Of a stretch of DNA of 64,000 nucleotides, positions 40,900 to 53,434 are shown one piece after another (the first letter of the stretch is position 1; each line of letters begins with the position of its first letter). The position numbers and the translations under genes are program-made. This DNA comes from Callorhinchus milii (taxonomy: Eukaryota), in the NCBI RefSeq assembly GCF_018977255.1, contig NW_024704743.1, forward strand, positions 49,292,001-49,356,000, given 5' to 3'. Under the pieces are notes generated by a model. The model made no database searches. It saw only the letters and a program-made list of their open reading frames with translations, and had not been told where the DNA came from.

Positions 40900-41500
40900 T
40901 ATTTAACCCCTACCCATTGGAAATACACTGGCAAATTGTCTCCTGGCACTCTTGTGAAAATGCAGACCTGGGGTAAAACAAATCAGAGATTTGTCTCTAC
41001 TTGTTAACTGCAAGAAAGCCCCTGAATCTGTATCAGGACCTTTAGATTCATGAAAATAATCTTGTCCTTTACCCCTATAAAAGGAGTCCGATAGATTAGT
41101 GGAGATCTTTGACATCCATCCTCTCGTAAGGAACACCAGTTGTGAGTGAGCGAGCACGCTGTATTTGATATCTTCCTCTATCCATAAGAAGGAAATTGCC
41201 TTCAATTGGAATGTTTCAGCTTTCATTTTGCCACTATTCTTGCACCTGAGCTCCATGAGGGTAATTCTATGACAACAATTGCCTGGCCCTAAAAGCTTAT
41301 CCATACCTGATTATGTATCAAGAACTTATTGGTCTGCTAGGGAAGTTTATTGTTATGGGCAAGTTTCACTGTACTTCCATTTCCCATCTGTACACATTCT
41401 ACCTCTTTGAGAAGACATTTTTTTTCTTCCATTCTCACACCATTTCTGAATCCTTTTTGCCTTAAAGGAAAAACACTCAATTGAGAAAAAAGTGGCCTTT
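40900..41500 (-). mobile_element. Highly degraded CR1 RT fragment
   Basis: DKLLGPGNCCHRITLMEL resembles DKSPGPDGIHPRVLKEL; STNLSDSFY resembles LTNLIEFY. Confidence 0.55.
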
Positions 41501-44267
41501 TCAATCTGACATCACAAAATTGTGTCAAATATTAAAATATTGAGGGGGGAGGAGTCTTCCTTTAGATATTCTCCTCTTCCTTTGTTTCGCATTTCAGGTT
41601 GGCTTGCATAGGACTTCAGCAAGTCTGGGTGGGATGAGCTAGCCAAAGCTGTCATTACAACATCCATCAAAATTTTTAATGGATAGTAGGGTATGCGATC
41701 TTTATTTCTGCTAAGCTTAATTATACTATTTAATTTCTTGCCCTCCCTCCCCTCACTGTGAGCACTTTGTATGTAGAAAGGTGGCCTAGTGCAAAAACTG
41801 ACAAATGTGTTTGACTCTGACTTTCTAATTGGGAAACAAATATAAAATTGCTTACATACCTTTTTGTTTCAGTTTGTAAAGGGAAAACAAAATGCAATGT
41901 TTTGGTAGAAATTTGCCTGGTTAATAAAATGAGATTCCTGGTTAGTGGTGTGAAAAACATGTCTATAGGTTTCATTTTAATACAAATTTGAATTTGCTTG
42001 ATGGCCATTTTACAGTAGTTATGCTGGGTAATAAAAGAGAACAATCAAGGATGGTTAATGTGGCTTGATACTTGCCCTTGGACCTCATAAATGCAATGTT
42101 TCATAGTAATGAATAAATTGATATAACGACTCGGAGTTATTGCAAGTTGCTGAGTGTACTGATCCAGTGTCAGTACATCAATTCACTGCTGTACTATTTC
42201 ACTAGTGACATGTTCCTTGGCAATGATTCAGGACAGTGAATTCTTTTCAGCCGTAAAGGTATTCGAATGCCTTGGAGAGTTCATTATTATTTGTTTGACG
42301 CTGACTGTATATTTATGGATATCACCCAGTTGTTGGTGCTTCAGACATCGATAGTGCTTATTAGGAGTTGAAGACAAACTAAAATTAAATTACAATTGAG
42401 ACATAAGAATCAAATGTGCCACATTAAGAAGCACAGCAGAAAATGCTTTTATACATTTTGATATTTCTTAAAATTTCAACCAAAAATCCTCGACTGCTAC
42501 ACCAAAGTGTGAGTGAGAGAGAGATGCATAAGGATTGAATTTCCCAGGAAACTGGGAACTTGTTCTCTAAATATTCTCGGTTCTAGACATTATTGACGTT
42601 TAGAAGAGCAAATTTCAAATGGAGGACAATTTGATTTGCAGACATCCTGTGTCCATCTATTTCAGTGTTATTTTCTCAGCCCCCTTTCCTTCCCAAATAT
42701 GGCTTTGGGTAATTGTCTTGAATAAACCTCATATTGATCAAGCAGCCTTTAAGTTGAAGAAATTAATAGCTTTGTTCATTCTCCACAAGGAAGTGCTCTA
42801 TGAGTAATTAAAACCAACCACCATTGATTCAATTGACACCTACCCTCCCCAGAAGCAAAAGTGTAAGAGACCTACTAAAAGCAGATTCCAAGAGACTTGG
42901 TAAACAAATGTATCCGATAACACTCCTTCATGTAACTTATTTAACTTTTTGCTCAAATGCAATGATTATTAAATTATCAGCTATCCATCTTCTGTATATC
43001 CACACTTACATATGGGGTGTTTTGTTTTGGTCAGCCGGGTGTCTGACACATGCAGAAACCCATCACCATCCTGGGGTTGGACGACTGATTTGTCACTGTA
43101 CATCCTGGGACAGAGAACTGTGAAACACAAAGGAAAATCTGTCAAACTCCCATGTTCTGAATATCCTTCCTCTTACCCTCCCCTCGCTCCATACACACAC
43201 TGGTCTGGATCTACTTGTAGTGATTTTGCATTTAACATTTTTAGCTTAGCAGGAATAGTAGAAGGCCATCAACCTTTTTTTATTTGCTATATTACTGTCA
43301 AATTGTATTTGATTCATCTTGCACTCAGACTGGTTATGTTTTCAGGTGGCTAAAGTTTATTTAATAAGACTACTGCTCTTACTTTAAACAGACACCAATT
43401 AGCTGTGACATCCACTTTTTGTGAGTGACTCTTCATAAATTCATTATGTTTTTTGTCACAGATAAGCTAGAGTGGGACAGACATTTGATTTTCTCTGGAA
43501 CAATGAATTTTTTAAAAATTGGTCACTCAATTCACGAATGTTTGTGGGACAGCAATTGGCTGCTGCGGTTCACCCACAAAATATACAGTTAATTCAATTT
43601 ACAATATATTCTGTGAAGTGCTTTGAGACATCTGGAAGACGTGGTGAGTTGGTATATCAAATGCAAGGATTATTATTATCATTATGATGTGAATTGCAGG
43701 CCTAATATGGAAATATCCTGTTTTCTGGAGCCTTTTTGGTTCTCATCATCATAAGATCATTGCAATTTATTTTCATAGCTATAGTAAGATAAATATAAAA
43801 TTGTCCTAGGCTCGGTATTCAATTAGAAAGAGTATTCAAATTGAGTATGGGTTTGAACATCTCAAAGCATTTATTGCCCATGGAAGTTATGATCACCACC
43901 ATACAAGCACTCATATCGCACTTGTTTGTAACTGACAACAGCAACTTGCATTTATATAGCACCTTCATGCAGGGTGGTGTCTCGGATCGCTGAACAGGCT
44001 GAGTTTAACAATTTATTTAACCATCATTATGATCAAAATTGGGGGAGAGAAGCAAATTTTGAGTGATTGCTTTCAAAAGGACAGATCTATAATAGTAAAT
44101 ATGTTTAATTTAACCACTTCTATATTTTTTTAAGAGGACGACTGTTACTATTCACTCATATGATCTATCAAAGTAGAAATAAACTGGTTTGACTGCCACG
44201 TTACTTAATGTATTCTGCATTGGTAAGACTTCTTTAGTTGACTTTTTTACTCTTCGGAATGCATATC

Positions 44268-44625
44268 GAAGTCCCGTAGCATAATGGTTCGCATGTTCGC
44301 CTCGCAAGCGAGAAGACCTGAGTTTGTTTCCTGAGCGAGGTGAAACCTTAGGCAAGTTTCCTTACTCCACACGCCTGTCCAGCAGTAAGTAGGAACCTAG
44401 TTGTTAGTCGATTGGCAGATCGCTTTCCGGAGGAAATAATCCCTCCAAAAAAATAATTGAGGGTCACTCAAACCACGACTGTTCGTGAGACACTGCTGTG
44501 TGCAATTGGCTGCCACGTTTCGCGCACAAAATACAGTCAATTCATTTGCAATATATTCTGTGAAGCGCTTTGAGATCTTTGAACAAAGTGATAAGGCGCT
44601 ATATCAAATGCAAGGATTATTATTA
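44268..44625 (+). mobile_element. tRNA-derived SINE, long form
   Basis: Extra internal segment cagcagtaagtaggaacctagttgttagtcgattggcagatcgc. Confidence 0.88.
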
Positions 44626-44633
44626 CATATTCT

Positions 44634-44823
44634 AACAAGATTACTATTGCAACAATACATCATCAATAGGGTAATACTAAACTATCTCACGATGATCTAA
44701 TCCCAGATCATGTTCCCTATTAGTTGGTGAATAATTCAACGTTTGGTGAATTCTGCTTCACAATGATAGAAAGAAATGACACCAAATGACTAAAAAGTGA
44801 CATTGCAATGAATGCTTGACCGT

Positions 44824-44856
<33 letters not shown>

Positions 44857-44893
44857 GCACCTCCTGCTTAAACCCCAGAAAATCAGAAGAATC
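44634..44893 (-). pseudogene. Degenerate 28S (LSU) rRNA fragment, 3' domain V/VI region
   Basis: + strand reads tgttccctattagttggtgaataattcaacgtttggtgaattctgcttcacaatgata...cacaagccagttatccctgtggtaacttttctg, the reverse complement of the recalled conserved eukaryotic 28S sequence; ~260 bp, many CpG transitions. Confidence 0.9.
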
Positions 44894-45479
44894 AGTATGG
44901 GTATTTCCTTTAACTTTAAATTACATTTGTTAAATTGCATGTGCACCAGGACAGCATTTTTAATACAAATCCTTTCAGCATTAAACAATACCAATTTATG
45001 TAGGGAGAACATCTCACATCACTTCGCAAGATCATAATATTAATTTGGTTGAAGAAGACCCTTCAGCCTACATAGCCAGTGTCCTGGTTTCACTTGGCAA
45101 CCTGATCTTGTCATTAATTACTCTGGGTTAAGAAAAACCTCCTGGTATCTATCCTGAAATTGCCCTTTGCAACTCTATACCTCGACCCCAACCACCCTTG
45201 TTCTGCTATCTTGTAATCCTAAAGTATTGCTCTTGAACTGTATCCTCTGTGTGATGGGAAGCCAGTGGAGTATCGGTTCTGCTCAAGGACCCAAATTGCT
45301 CATTAACTCAGAGGAGTGAACATCTTCCCAGGAAAATATAAATTGTAATCAGAAGCTAACCTCAACCCGTCTAGCAAAGCTACTTTTAACCATTTAACTA
45401 TCAAACCTTCTGGAACATTCGGTTGCTGTATGAAATATACCAATGTATCCCGAGGTGATAGTCAATATATTTCAACAGC

Positions 45480-46560
45480 CCTAACACCTCCCTACTTCTT
45501 AACCCTGCGCACATCCCACTCCTCTACCTGCCCGCTTTGTTCACCCAGCTCAAGTGTTCTGCATGTCCCTCGACCCCTCTGCTCCACCATCGGTGGATCG
45601 GCTGTCAGCCACTAACCCCCAAACACCTGGAACCCCCTGTCTTAATCCCTCCACCTTGCCCCTCTTTGCTTCTCTTCAGATCACACCTGAGGACTTCTTT
45701 TTTGACCGCGCCTATGGTCACCTCGTTTTTCTCTTCTGCTCGCTATCAAACTTTGCCATCGATCAGTGCTCTAAGATGCTTATACAGTGCCTTTCACTAT
45801 ATCAATGCAAGTTGGTGTTATTGAGGTGTTGACATATGCTCAAATAATGGTTCCATGGATACTGGCAGGCCTTTCCCACCTTATCCAATGGGTGTTCTTT
45901 GTCTTTGGGCTCAGGCTATGAGTTTCAGTAGACTATTTTGACCACTGAGTGCATGTGGGCAAGAGTTGAGGGGAGTTTTGTGAAGAATGGTAGCCTGATC
46001 TTGCTCTTTTCCCAATGTTTACTTTCCAGCGAAGATCAATTGACGGTGATAAAGAACAGAAAGCCTGGATGATTTACTTCCTATCTCACTCCTTCTACCA
46101 CTGAAGCCTTCATCCGTGCTTTTTTTAGCTCAAGGTTACACTTTTCCAATACTCTCCTTGCTGGCTTCCTTAGCTCCACCCTCCACAGGCTCCAACTCAT
46201 TTAAAACTGTGCAGTCTCTATTCTCTCCCAAACTAACCTTCAGACATCAAATTGCCCTCATGATCACCAGGCTCCAACACTAGGCTCCACAGGTTTACTT
46301 TGGATCAATTTAAGATCTTCAACCTGACTTTCAAATGCCTTTCATGCTCTTGGCCCTTCCTATCTATTCCTTGTCCTCCAGCCCTATTCTCGTTCCTGAA
46401 TTCCCTGCTCTTCCAATCCTGGTGTATTGCTCATTTTTCACTCCCTCCATCCAACCATCAGAGACCGAATTTTCAACCAGTAGATTCCCTCTATGGAATT
46501 CTCTGCCCAAATATCTTTGCTGTGGTCTTTCTCTCCCTGCCTTCAAAAACTTTTTTGATT
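45480..46560 (+). mobile_element. Cluster of degraded L2 fragments (45480-45830, 46090-46560) flanking an old SINE fragment
   Basis: PLCSTIGGSAVSH; FKIFNLTFKCL; gaagccttcatccgtgct. Confidence 0.7.
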
Positions 46561-48964
46561 GTGTTTTGTTCACACGCTTAAATTCTTATTGTAACTTTAA
46601 ATACCTTGAGACATTAAAATCCTGTGTGAAAGATACTATATAAGTTCAAATTGTTGTCCCATAGTGTGCTCAAAGTGGCAAACATGGTTTACATTTATCA
46701 CTCCGAATTAGCATTCATTGAGGCTCAGATGAGTCCTACAGTTGCACAACCAAACATATGGTCAGACGTTTGCTAACCATCTTCAAATGCTGGTTAACGT
46801 TTCAAATGTTACTTTTTAATAACATTAAAAATTGTACCTAACCGTTAATAATTTGACAGGCGGTGGCAAGAGTATAGTGTTTATTCCACTAATATCAAAT
46901 ATTTAAAAAACGATAAAGTTCAACAATCTGTATTCAAACTATATGACCACATATAACGACCAATAGTCTGCACCATACAACAAAGCAGATACACAAATCA
47001 AATAATTGAGAAACAACAACAGGCACTCAGGAATTGCTCAGTACTCCAGACAAAACAATAAGCCCGAGAACGCACCTCAACATATACAATAGCAATCAGC
47101 CCCTGGAAATCCCTCAGGGACAACTAATTCTATAATACAAAACTTAATAGGGACCAGCGCCTGGTTAACCCTCAGACCAATCTTATATAAAACATACACA
47201 GCAGAGATCACAGAACTATCATACAGAATCACAAAGAGTGGATCCTATAAGCTCAACAGAAACAATCAGCTCTTAGGCCAGTACCTCACACGTGCTGCCT
47301 AACCTGACTTCTGCATTTCAAAAGGATCAACCAACCACTACTACTGTTATTATTTCTCTGCCTAGCAAACAGAACCGAAAACATATTACCCGTTCCCGAT
47401 GTCTGAACAGCGGCAGGAGGGAGATCTCTTCTTAGAATGCTTCCCCAACTGTTGTGTCGAACCAAACTTTTGCGCCTATCCTTGTCTTTCCTGCAGATTG
47501 GTTCTCAAGCATTCCATTCTCACTAATGTATCTAGTACAGATAGTTCCTCCATTTGTTGCTATTCTGCCATAATCTTCTAGGTCCAGCTCCCTTCTTACC
47601 TTGTGACAGGCCAGGCCTTGAGAAAAGTTTCTGCCAATGTATCGACTGGCTATCAATTATGTTCATTGTGTTAAAGTCGAGTATGACAGAGCCTGATAGA
47701 GCCTGAGGTTTTGCTGACAGAGCCATTCTCCACAATTCCGTGGTTACAACTTCTAAAACACTTAATACATAAGCATGCCTACATATACGCATATTCGCTC
47801 TATAGATATATAGTAATCAAAAGAATACATTTTGACAAAACCTATACTAATATAACTGACTCTCCAAGAGTTTTCAAGGGGCATTATTTTGGCAGGTACT
47901 GAATCAAATCACATCTGTACTGCAGTGATGCAATCTGTTTTGTGGTCTTCAGCAGAGCGGCCTCAGGATGCGATCTCCAGTACAATCCATTTCACAAATG
48001 AATGGCTCATACAGATTTATACTATTTTTCATATAAATAGAGCACATAATTGCAATGAAAAGACTTTTGATACAAATAATAATGATGATCCTTACATTTG
48101 CTATAGCGCATTTCACATTGGGAGGTTGTTCCAAAGCACTTTACAGGATTATCTTGATGTCCACCCCCATCTTTGTAAAGCACTCTAAACTGGTATCCTA
48201 TATTAAGGGCACTATACAGATGTAAATTGTTTCCATTGTTACTATTATTATTGTTGTTGCCCATCTCAACTCTAAATCCTGATTATTTGTGTACGTGGCA
48301 CTATCTAGTTTCCTCTCAACTGTGTTCCATATAGCACAATAATCCACGAAAATACTGTGTTACATATTCTGTTAGTTGCTAACATTACTGGATTCAAAAA
48401 TTCAAGCAGGTTGTTCTTAATCTATGAAAAGCCATTGCAATAAGAGCCATTTAACTTGACATATAATACACAAAGTGCATCTTGATAATCCAAGGTCATG
48501 TGATGTTTTAGAATTTATTGCACATTAAATTGCCATTTATTGATCAGAACAGAATCCACAGGCTAAACTAATTTTTGGTACACTTCCATGTAACCCACAC
48601 TGTTATAGCTGCTTATAACTAAGCCTTTGGTTGTATTCAGCCTCAGTGATCTCCATTAGTACAGTATTCTTAAGAAAACATCGTAATAGTACTTGCCATT
48701 TTTATAGATAAATTTGTGACTTAATCCATGATGGCCCATATGTTGTTTCTCAGTTGCTTTTCTAGTGATCTTCTTGCCAATGTTATTTTCATCCAGAACT
48801 CTATTATTGGATATCTTGGTGATTGTTTTACCATTGGACCTCTCAAAAACCTTTCGCTCCAAACAAATTACTACCATTTGGTTCTTTCACCATTGTTTTA
48901 TTCACAAGTATCTAGTTTCCTCTCAACTTTCTCCATCTATGTTGTAGTGGATTTCAAAGGCAAG

Positions 48965-49272
48965 GCAGGGTCCTGTAGCTCAGTGGTTAGAGCACACGCC
49001 TTGCAAGCGACAGACCTGGGTTTGATTCCTGGCAGAGCGAAACCTTGGGCACGTTTCCTTACTCCACATGCCTGATAATAATCCCTCAAGAAAAAATATA
49101 AATAAAATAATAATTTGGTCAATCAAGTTATTTGTAGGACACTGCTGTACGCAATTGGCTGCCGCATTTCACCCACAAATATAGTTAATTTACTTTACAG
49201 TATATTCTGTGAAGCGCTTTGAGATATCTAGAAGACGTGAAAAGCGCTATATCAAATGCAAGGATTATTATT
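48965..49272 (+). mobile_element. Young tRNA-derived SINE
   Basis: Same head and tail. Confidence 0.9.
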
Positions 49273-49274
49273 TT

Positions 49275-49620
49275 ATAGTGGGTTTCAAGATCCTCACACT
49301 CATGTTCAAATCCTTTCACTCTCTGACACCTTCCTACCTCTCCGACCTCCTAACTCTCCAATCAACCTCCCGGCGCCTCCGCTCAACTGGCACTGGCCTC
49401 CTGCTCATCCCTCGCACCCTCCATCCCACCATCAGAGGTTACACTTACGGCCACTATGCCCTGAAACTCGGGAACACTCTCCCTCAATCCCTCTGCCTTG
49501 CCCCCTCCCCTTTTTCAAGTTCTGCCTGAAAACCCTCCTCTTCGACCGTGCTTACAACCACCATCCCACCCCCCTTCCCTTGGCTCAGAGTCAGGCTCCA
49601 CCACTGTTAAGTGCTCGGAG
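49275..49620 (+). mobile_element. L2 LINE 3' fragment
   Basis: [37 protein letters not shown]. Confidence 0.85.
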
Positions 49621-49624
49621 ACAC

Positions 49625-50080
49625 TACCCTGCGTGGAGAGTGCTGTATAGGGTCTAGTGGAGATGAAGTGGAGACAGTGTAAGAGGTAGGATCTGAACCA
49701 TTCAAGGACAGAACCATGAAGGATGAGGAGAGGTGGTGGAGGAGGATAGAATGGTCGATGGTATTGAAGGCAGCAGAGAGGTGAAGGAGGACAAAGCGGC
49801 AGAGGGAGCCCTGGTCGCAGATGGACAGAATGTCATTTGTCACTTTAACCAAAACCGATTGGAAAGGTTTGTGAAGGGAGTGGCAGGAAAGGGAGGAGCG
49901 AAGCTGGGAAGCAACAATTAATTCCAGGACCTTGGAAAACAAAGGGAAGTTGGAGATGGGGCGGTAGTTTGAGAGCAGAGATGGGTCCAGGGAGGGTTTT
50001 TTAAGGATAGGAGTGATGATGAACATTTTTATCTATGAGTAGAGGGCCAAGAAGGTAGAGTTGGGAGGTAAGGAGAGGGT
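49625..50080 (-). mobile_element. L2 LINE RT fragment
   Basis: [33 protein letters not shown]...LSAAFNTIDHSILL. Confidence 0.88.
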
Positions 50081-50199
50081 AGGGATTGGGCAAAGTGAAT
50101 TGATTGTGTGTTTTGTGGGTGAAAAGGGGCAGCCAATTGCACACAGCAGTATCCCACAAACAGTCGCGGATTGAGTAGCCATAAATCCTGATTTCTCAT

Positions 50200-50520
50200 A
50201 CACCCAGGCCGCCCTTGCTTATTAGATACAATGACCAGCGCTCCCTTCACTCAGCGAGCACCAACCTGCATCGTCTCCCTCTCCTTTCTGCTCCACCATC
50301 GGCGGGCAAGCTTTCAGCCGTTCTGCCCCATCTCTGGAGTTCCTCCAACTCACTTGCTTCTTCCCCTCTTTCAAGGCACATCTCAAATTGTATTTCTTTG
50401 ACCATATTTTTGGGCATCTTTCCCCTCCCACCCCCTCGGGCTCGGGTGCCCCTCCAACACTGATAATGCATTTTGGGATATCCTCCTGGTGTGAAAGGTG
50501 GTGTATAAATGTATATTGTA
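50200..50520 (+). mobile_element. L2 LINE 3' fragment
   Basis: RSLHSAS; ccaccatcggcgggcaagctttcagcc; L2-like tail. Confidence 0.7.
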
Positions 50521-51589
50521 TTGTAATTATTATTTTAGACTATCAAACCACAATCTTGGGCATTGTTCTTGTTACATCATTAACATTTCAGTGATGCCAG
50601 AACGTTGGTTAAACACTTTTGAGATGATTGAGGAATTTAGGAATTCACTACAATATCTCAGTTTACAGAGTGAATCACATAAAATTGGCAATTGTTGTGC
50701 AAATTCCTGAAAAACCTTCATTTGGCCTTTTTATATAATTACAACCTGCACTTATGACATCCTACAATTAGGCTGTCAAAATGCTAAAAAATAGATATCA
50801 GCTAAGTTTCAAAATCTGCTAAATTATATGAGCTATATTAATAAAGTTTGTGGGTGGGTTTAAATTATATGTATTTGGATTTTGTGGTGTGCGGGCAGAG
50901 TGAGTTCTTTCTTAACAGATTTGACATTAACCCTTGATAGCAGCCTGATAGCTGAAAAAGGAATCTTAAAATACAATTTACATTGACATAGCACCTTTCA
51001 TGTTGGGAAGATGTCTCCAAGTGCTTAAATCTTAACAAGAGAGGGTGGGAAATCATCAGAGCAAATGGTCAAAGCTGACAGCTCAATTCCATTACACACT
51101 GTTTTTATTTGGGGGGGGGGCGGTGTAATCTTTATCTCACTTTACACTGTCTTTGTTTTTTTAATGTAAAGAAGTACATAATTCACCGCTTTTGGTAAAA
51201 AGGGTTGGTTTAGCACTTTTTAGAAGAAGGAGGTGAAGGAATCATGAATTACAATTATAAGTCCATGTTTTACTACTGTAATAAAGCCTATGCACTTTTC
51301 ACCACTTTACCAATCATCAAGTGAGATGACATTAAGTTGGTAGGAAATGGGTTATTGTCATTTTAAAATAAGAAATACAAAAGGTTATGGGGAAAAGGCA
51401 GGAGAATGGCACTAAACTTTTGTTACTCCAAGCACTCCGAGGCATTGTCTTGCTTGAAGGGTGCTATATAATTGAAAGATATTGTTGTACTAGCATGGGC
51501 AGGATGGGCCTCCTTCTGTGCTGTAAAATTTCTATGAGTCTAAATTATTTAAACATGACATTTTATTTGGAATTTCTCTTTTGCTGCTT

Positions 51590-52577
51590 CTGCTTCCACC
51601 ACTCTCTTTTCGAGCTCTTTCAATCCAGTTTCTGCTGCACTCACAGCACTCAGACTGCTTTGGTGAATGTCACCCACAATGTTCTTTTCATCTGCGACCA
51701 GCACTCTTTGCCTCCTTGTTCTTCTCATCTGCTGCCTACGGCACCATTGACCACTCCATTTTCTCCACCATCTCTCTTCCCTGCTCCACTTCTCCGATTT
51801 GGTATCTTCCTGCTTTCACGCTTACCAATCCCAGCATCTTCAGTTCATCTCTTCCAAATAGCTTCTCCTCCCACTCCTGCACAGTCACATGCAGCATTCC
51901 CAGGGCTCTCTTCTCATCCTCTCCAATTCACCATCTGAATGATTACTTTCATCCTCTGTAGGCAATTGGGTCCACTTCCACACGTACACCAACTCTAACT
52001 CTCTGCCTGTACCCTCAATTCCAGGACCACAGCTGTTCTGACAGATTGCCTGTCAAGACATCAAATCCTGAATCAGTTCTAACTTTGTATAGCTAAATGT
52101 CAACAAGACTAAGACTTCTGTCAGTGCCTTCTTACCTTAGGCACTGACCACAATGACTTGCTTAGATGCTCACTCCACCTCACAAAACCAGTGCAGAACC
52201 TCAATGTCTTGTTTGTCCTCCAACTGTCCATCGAAACCTACATATAGGCTCACATGTGTTCGGTTTTCCTTCACTTCCACAACATTGTTCACCTCTGTCA
52301 CTAACTCTTGCCGAGACTTTCGTCCACACCTTCATTACATCCAGAACTCTGCAGTCTGTGTCCTCTCCCACAGCTGGCTCTCATTCACTCATGGAGTAAG
52401 CCCAATACTCACATCTTGACTCCACTGGCTTCCCATCTGCCAAGATCCATCTATTCAACCATGCTTTCAGCTACTTTTTTCCTGTACCCTCCCGCCCCGC
52501 ATTTAGAGCTCCCAGTAAGCTATTTGAAGTGCTATGAGAATTCCTGGTGAAGGTGCTATATAAATGTAAATTGTTGT
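51590..52577 (+). mobile_element. Degraded L2 LINE fragment with 3' tail
   Basis: LFELFQSSFCCTHSTQTALVNVT; ETFVHTFITSR; tail ggtgctatataaatgtaaattgttg. Confidence 0.8.
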
Positions 52578-52728
52578 AGCCATGGCCCAGACCAATAGAA
52601 ATGTGCGGAAATATTTGCCAAAAGTTGTGGAGCGTTTTGCAAATTCCAGAGCATTGCGGTGGAAACCTTTAGATTTTGTGGAGAATTGCGGAGGTCTCAT
52701 TGGTGCTACTGAGAGACACATTTTGCTG

Positions 52729-53434
52729 CTAACCTGCACCCATGTCCTCAACATGTTTCTTCAAAAATGCTTCATGCTCAGGAATAAGCTGCTTCAAATA
52801 TATATTATGAAGCTGTGATGGTGTTGGAATAGTCCCTCCCTGTTTTGTGTACTTGCATAGAAACTCTTGGAAGGCAGGAGCTTTTTCAAGCGATATGTCT
52901 GCTCTAGTCAAACGCAGCACGAAGTCCAATATGAATTCTTTCCTCTCCATAGATGATCCAGTGGCTCTAGAGAAGCAGGCTATCAGAGCCACTTACCTTT
53001 CAGGTCCAGATCCATCCAGAAAGGAAAAAATAAAAATTGATTTTCACGATGCATTTGTCATTAGAAATGTTGTTTTATGTGCTTTTAAAATTCAATCAAA
53101 AACGAGAAAGATTATCTTTTGTAATCATACAAATTAAAAGTTTCTCTCAAAATTAATGTGAAAGCCAAAAATGATACATTTTTATTTAATATTATATATA
53201 TATCAAAAGTACTTTACCTTCATTTTTTGTCTTTATTGCCGCTGCCTTGCGTTCACAATGTTTCCGAGATTTCATGTGCTCATCACTAGTGTACTTGTGA
53301 ACATGGTCAATTGTGTGACAGCAAACATGGGAAAACAACTGCCCCCACTTCTTAATAAAGGTTATCTGGATAGAGTACAGTTGTATCTGAGGGACAGATG
53401 GAAAATGAGACGTGCTGTCCCTTGGCTTCCTCAT
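52729..53434 (-). pseudogene. Disabled CGGBP1-like / hAT-transposase N-terminal region (zinc finger + downstream DNA-binding domain), two coding exons 53434-53218 and ~53015-52729
   Basis: GQLFSHVCCHTIDHVHKYTSDEHMKSRKHCERK resembles CGGBP1 GKLFCTSCNVVLNHVRKSAISDHLKSKTHTKRK. ERKEFILDFVLRLTRADISLEKAPAFQEFLCKYTKQGGTIPTPSQLHNIYL resembles EKVSVIQDFVKMCLEANIPLEKADHPAVRAFLSRHVKNGGSIPKSDQLRRAYL (recalled). Lesions: first Cys codon reads TCC, acceptor AG reads GG, in-frame TAA at 52995-52993. Confidence 0.85.

Noticed and set aside
42156..42178. 8-bp perfect hairpin tgtactga...tcagtaca
   Set aside because: Too short; expected by chance in 64 kb.
49275..50080. Opposed L2 fragments as a twin-priming inversion
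   Set aside because: Tail-to-tail arrangement without a shared TSD fits independent insertions better.
52729..53434. Calling this an intact CGGBP1 orthologue
   Set aside because: In-frame stop, broken acceptor, lost Cys, coding intron and only moderate similarity; kept as a relic with no gene symbol.
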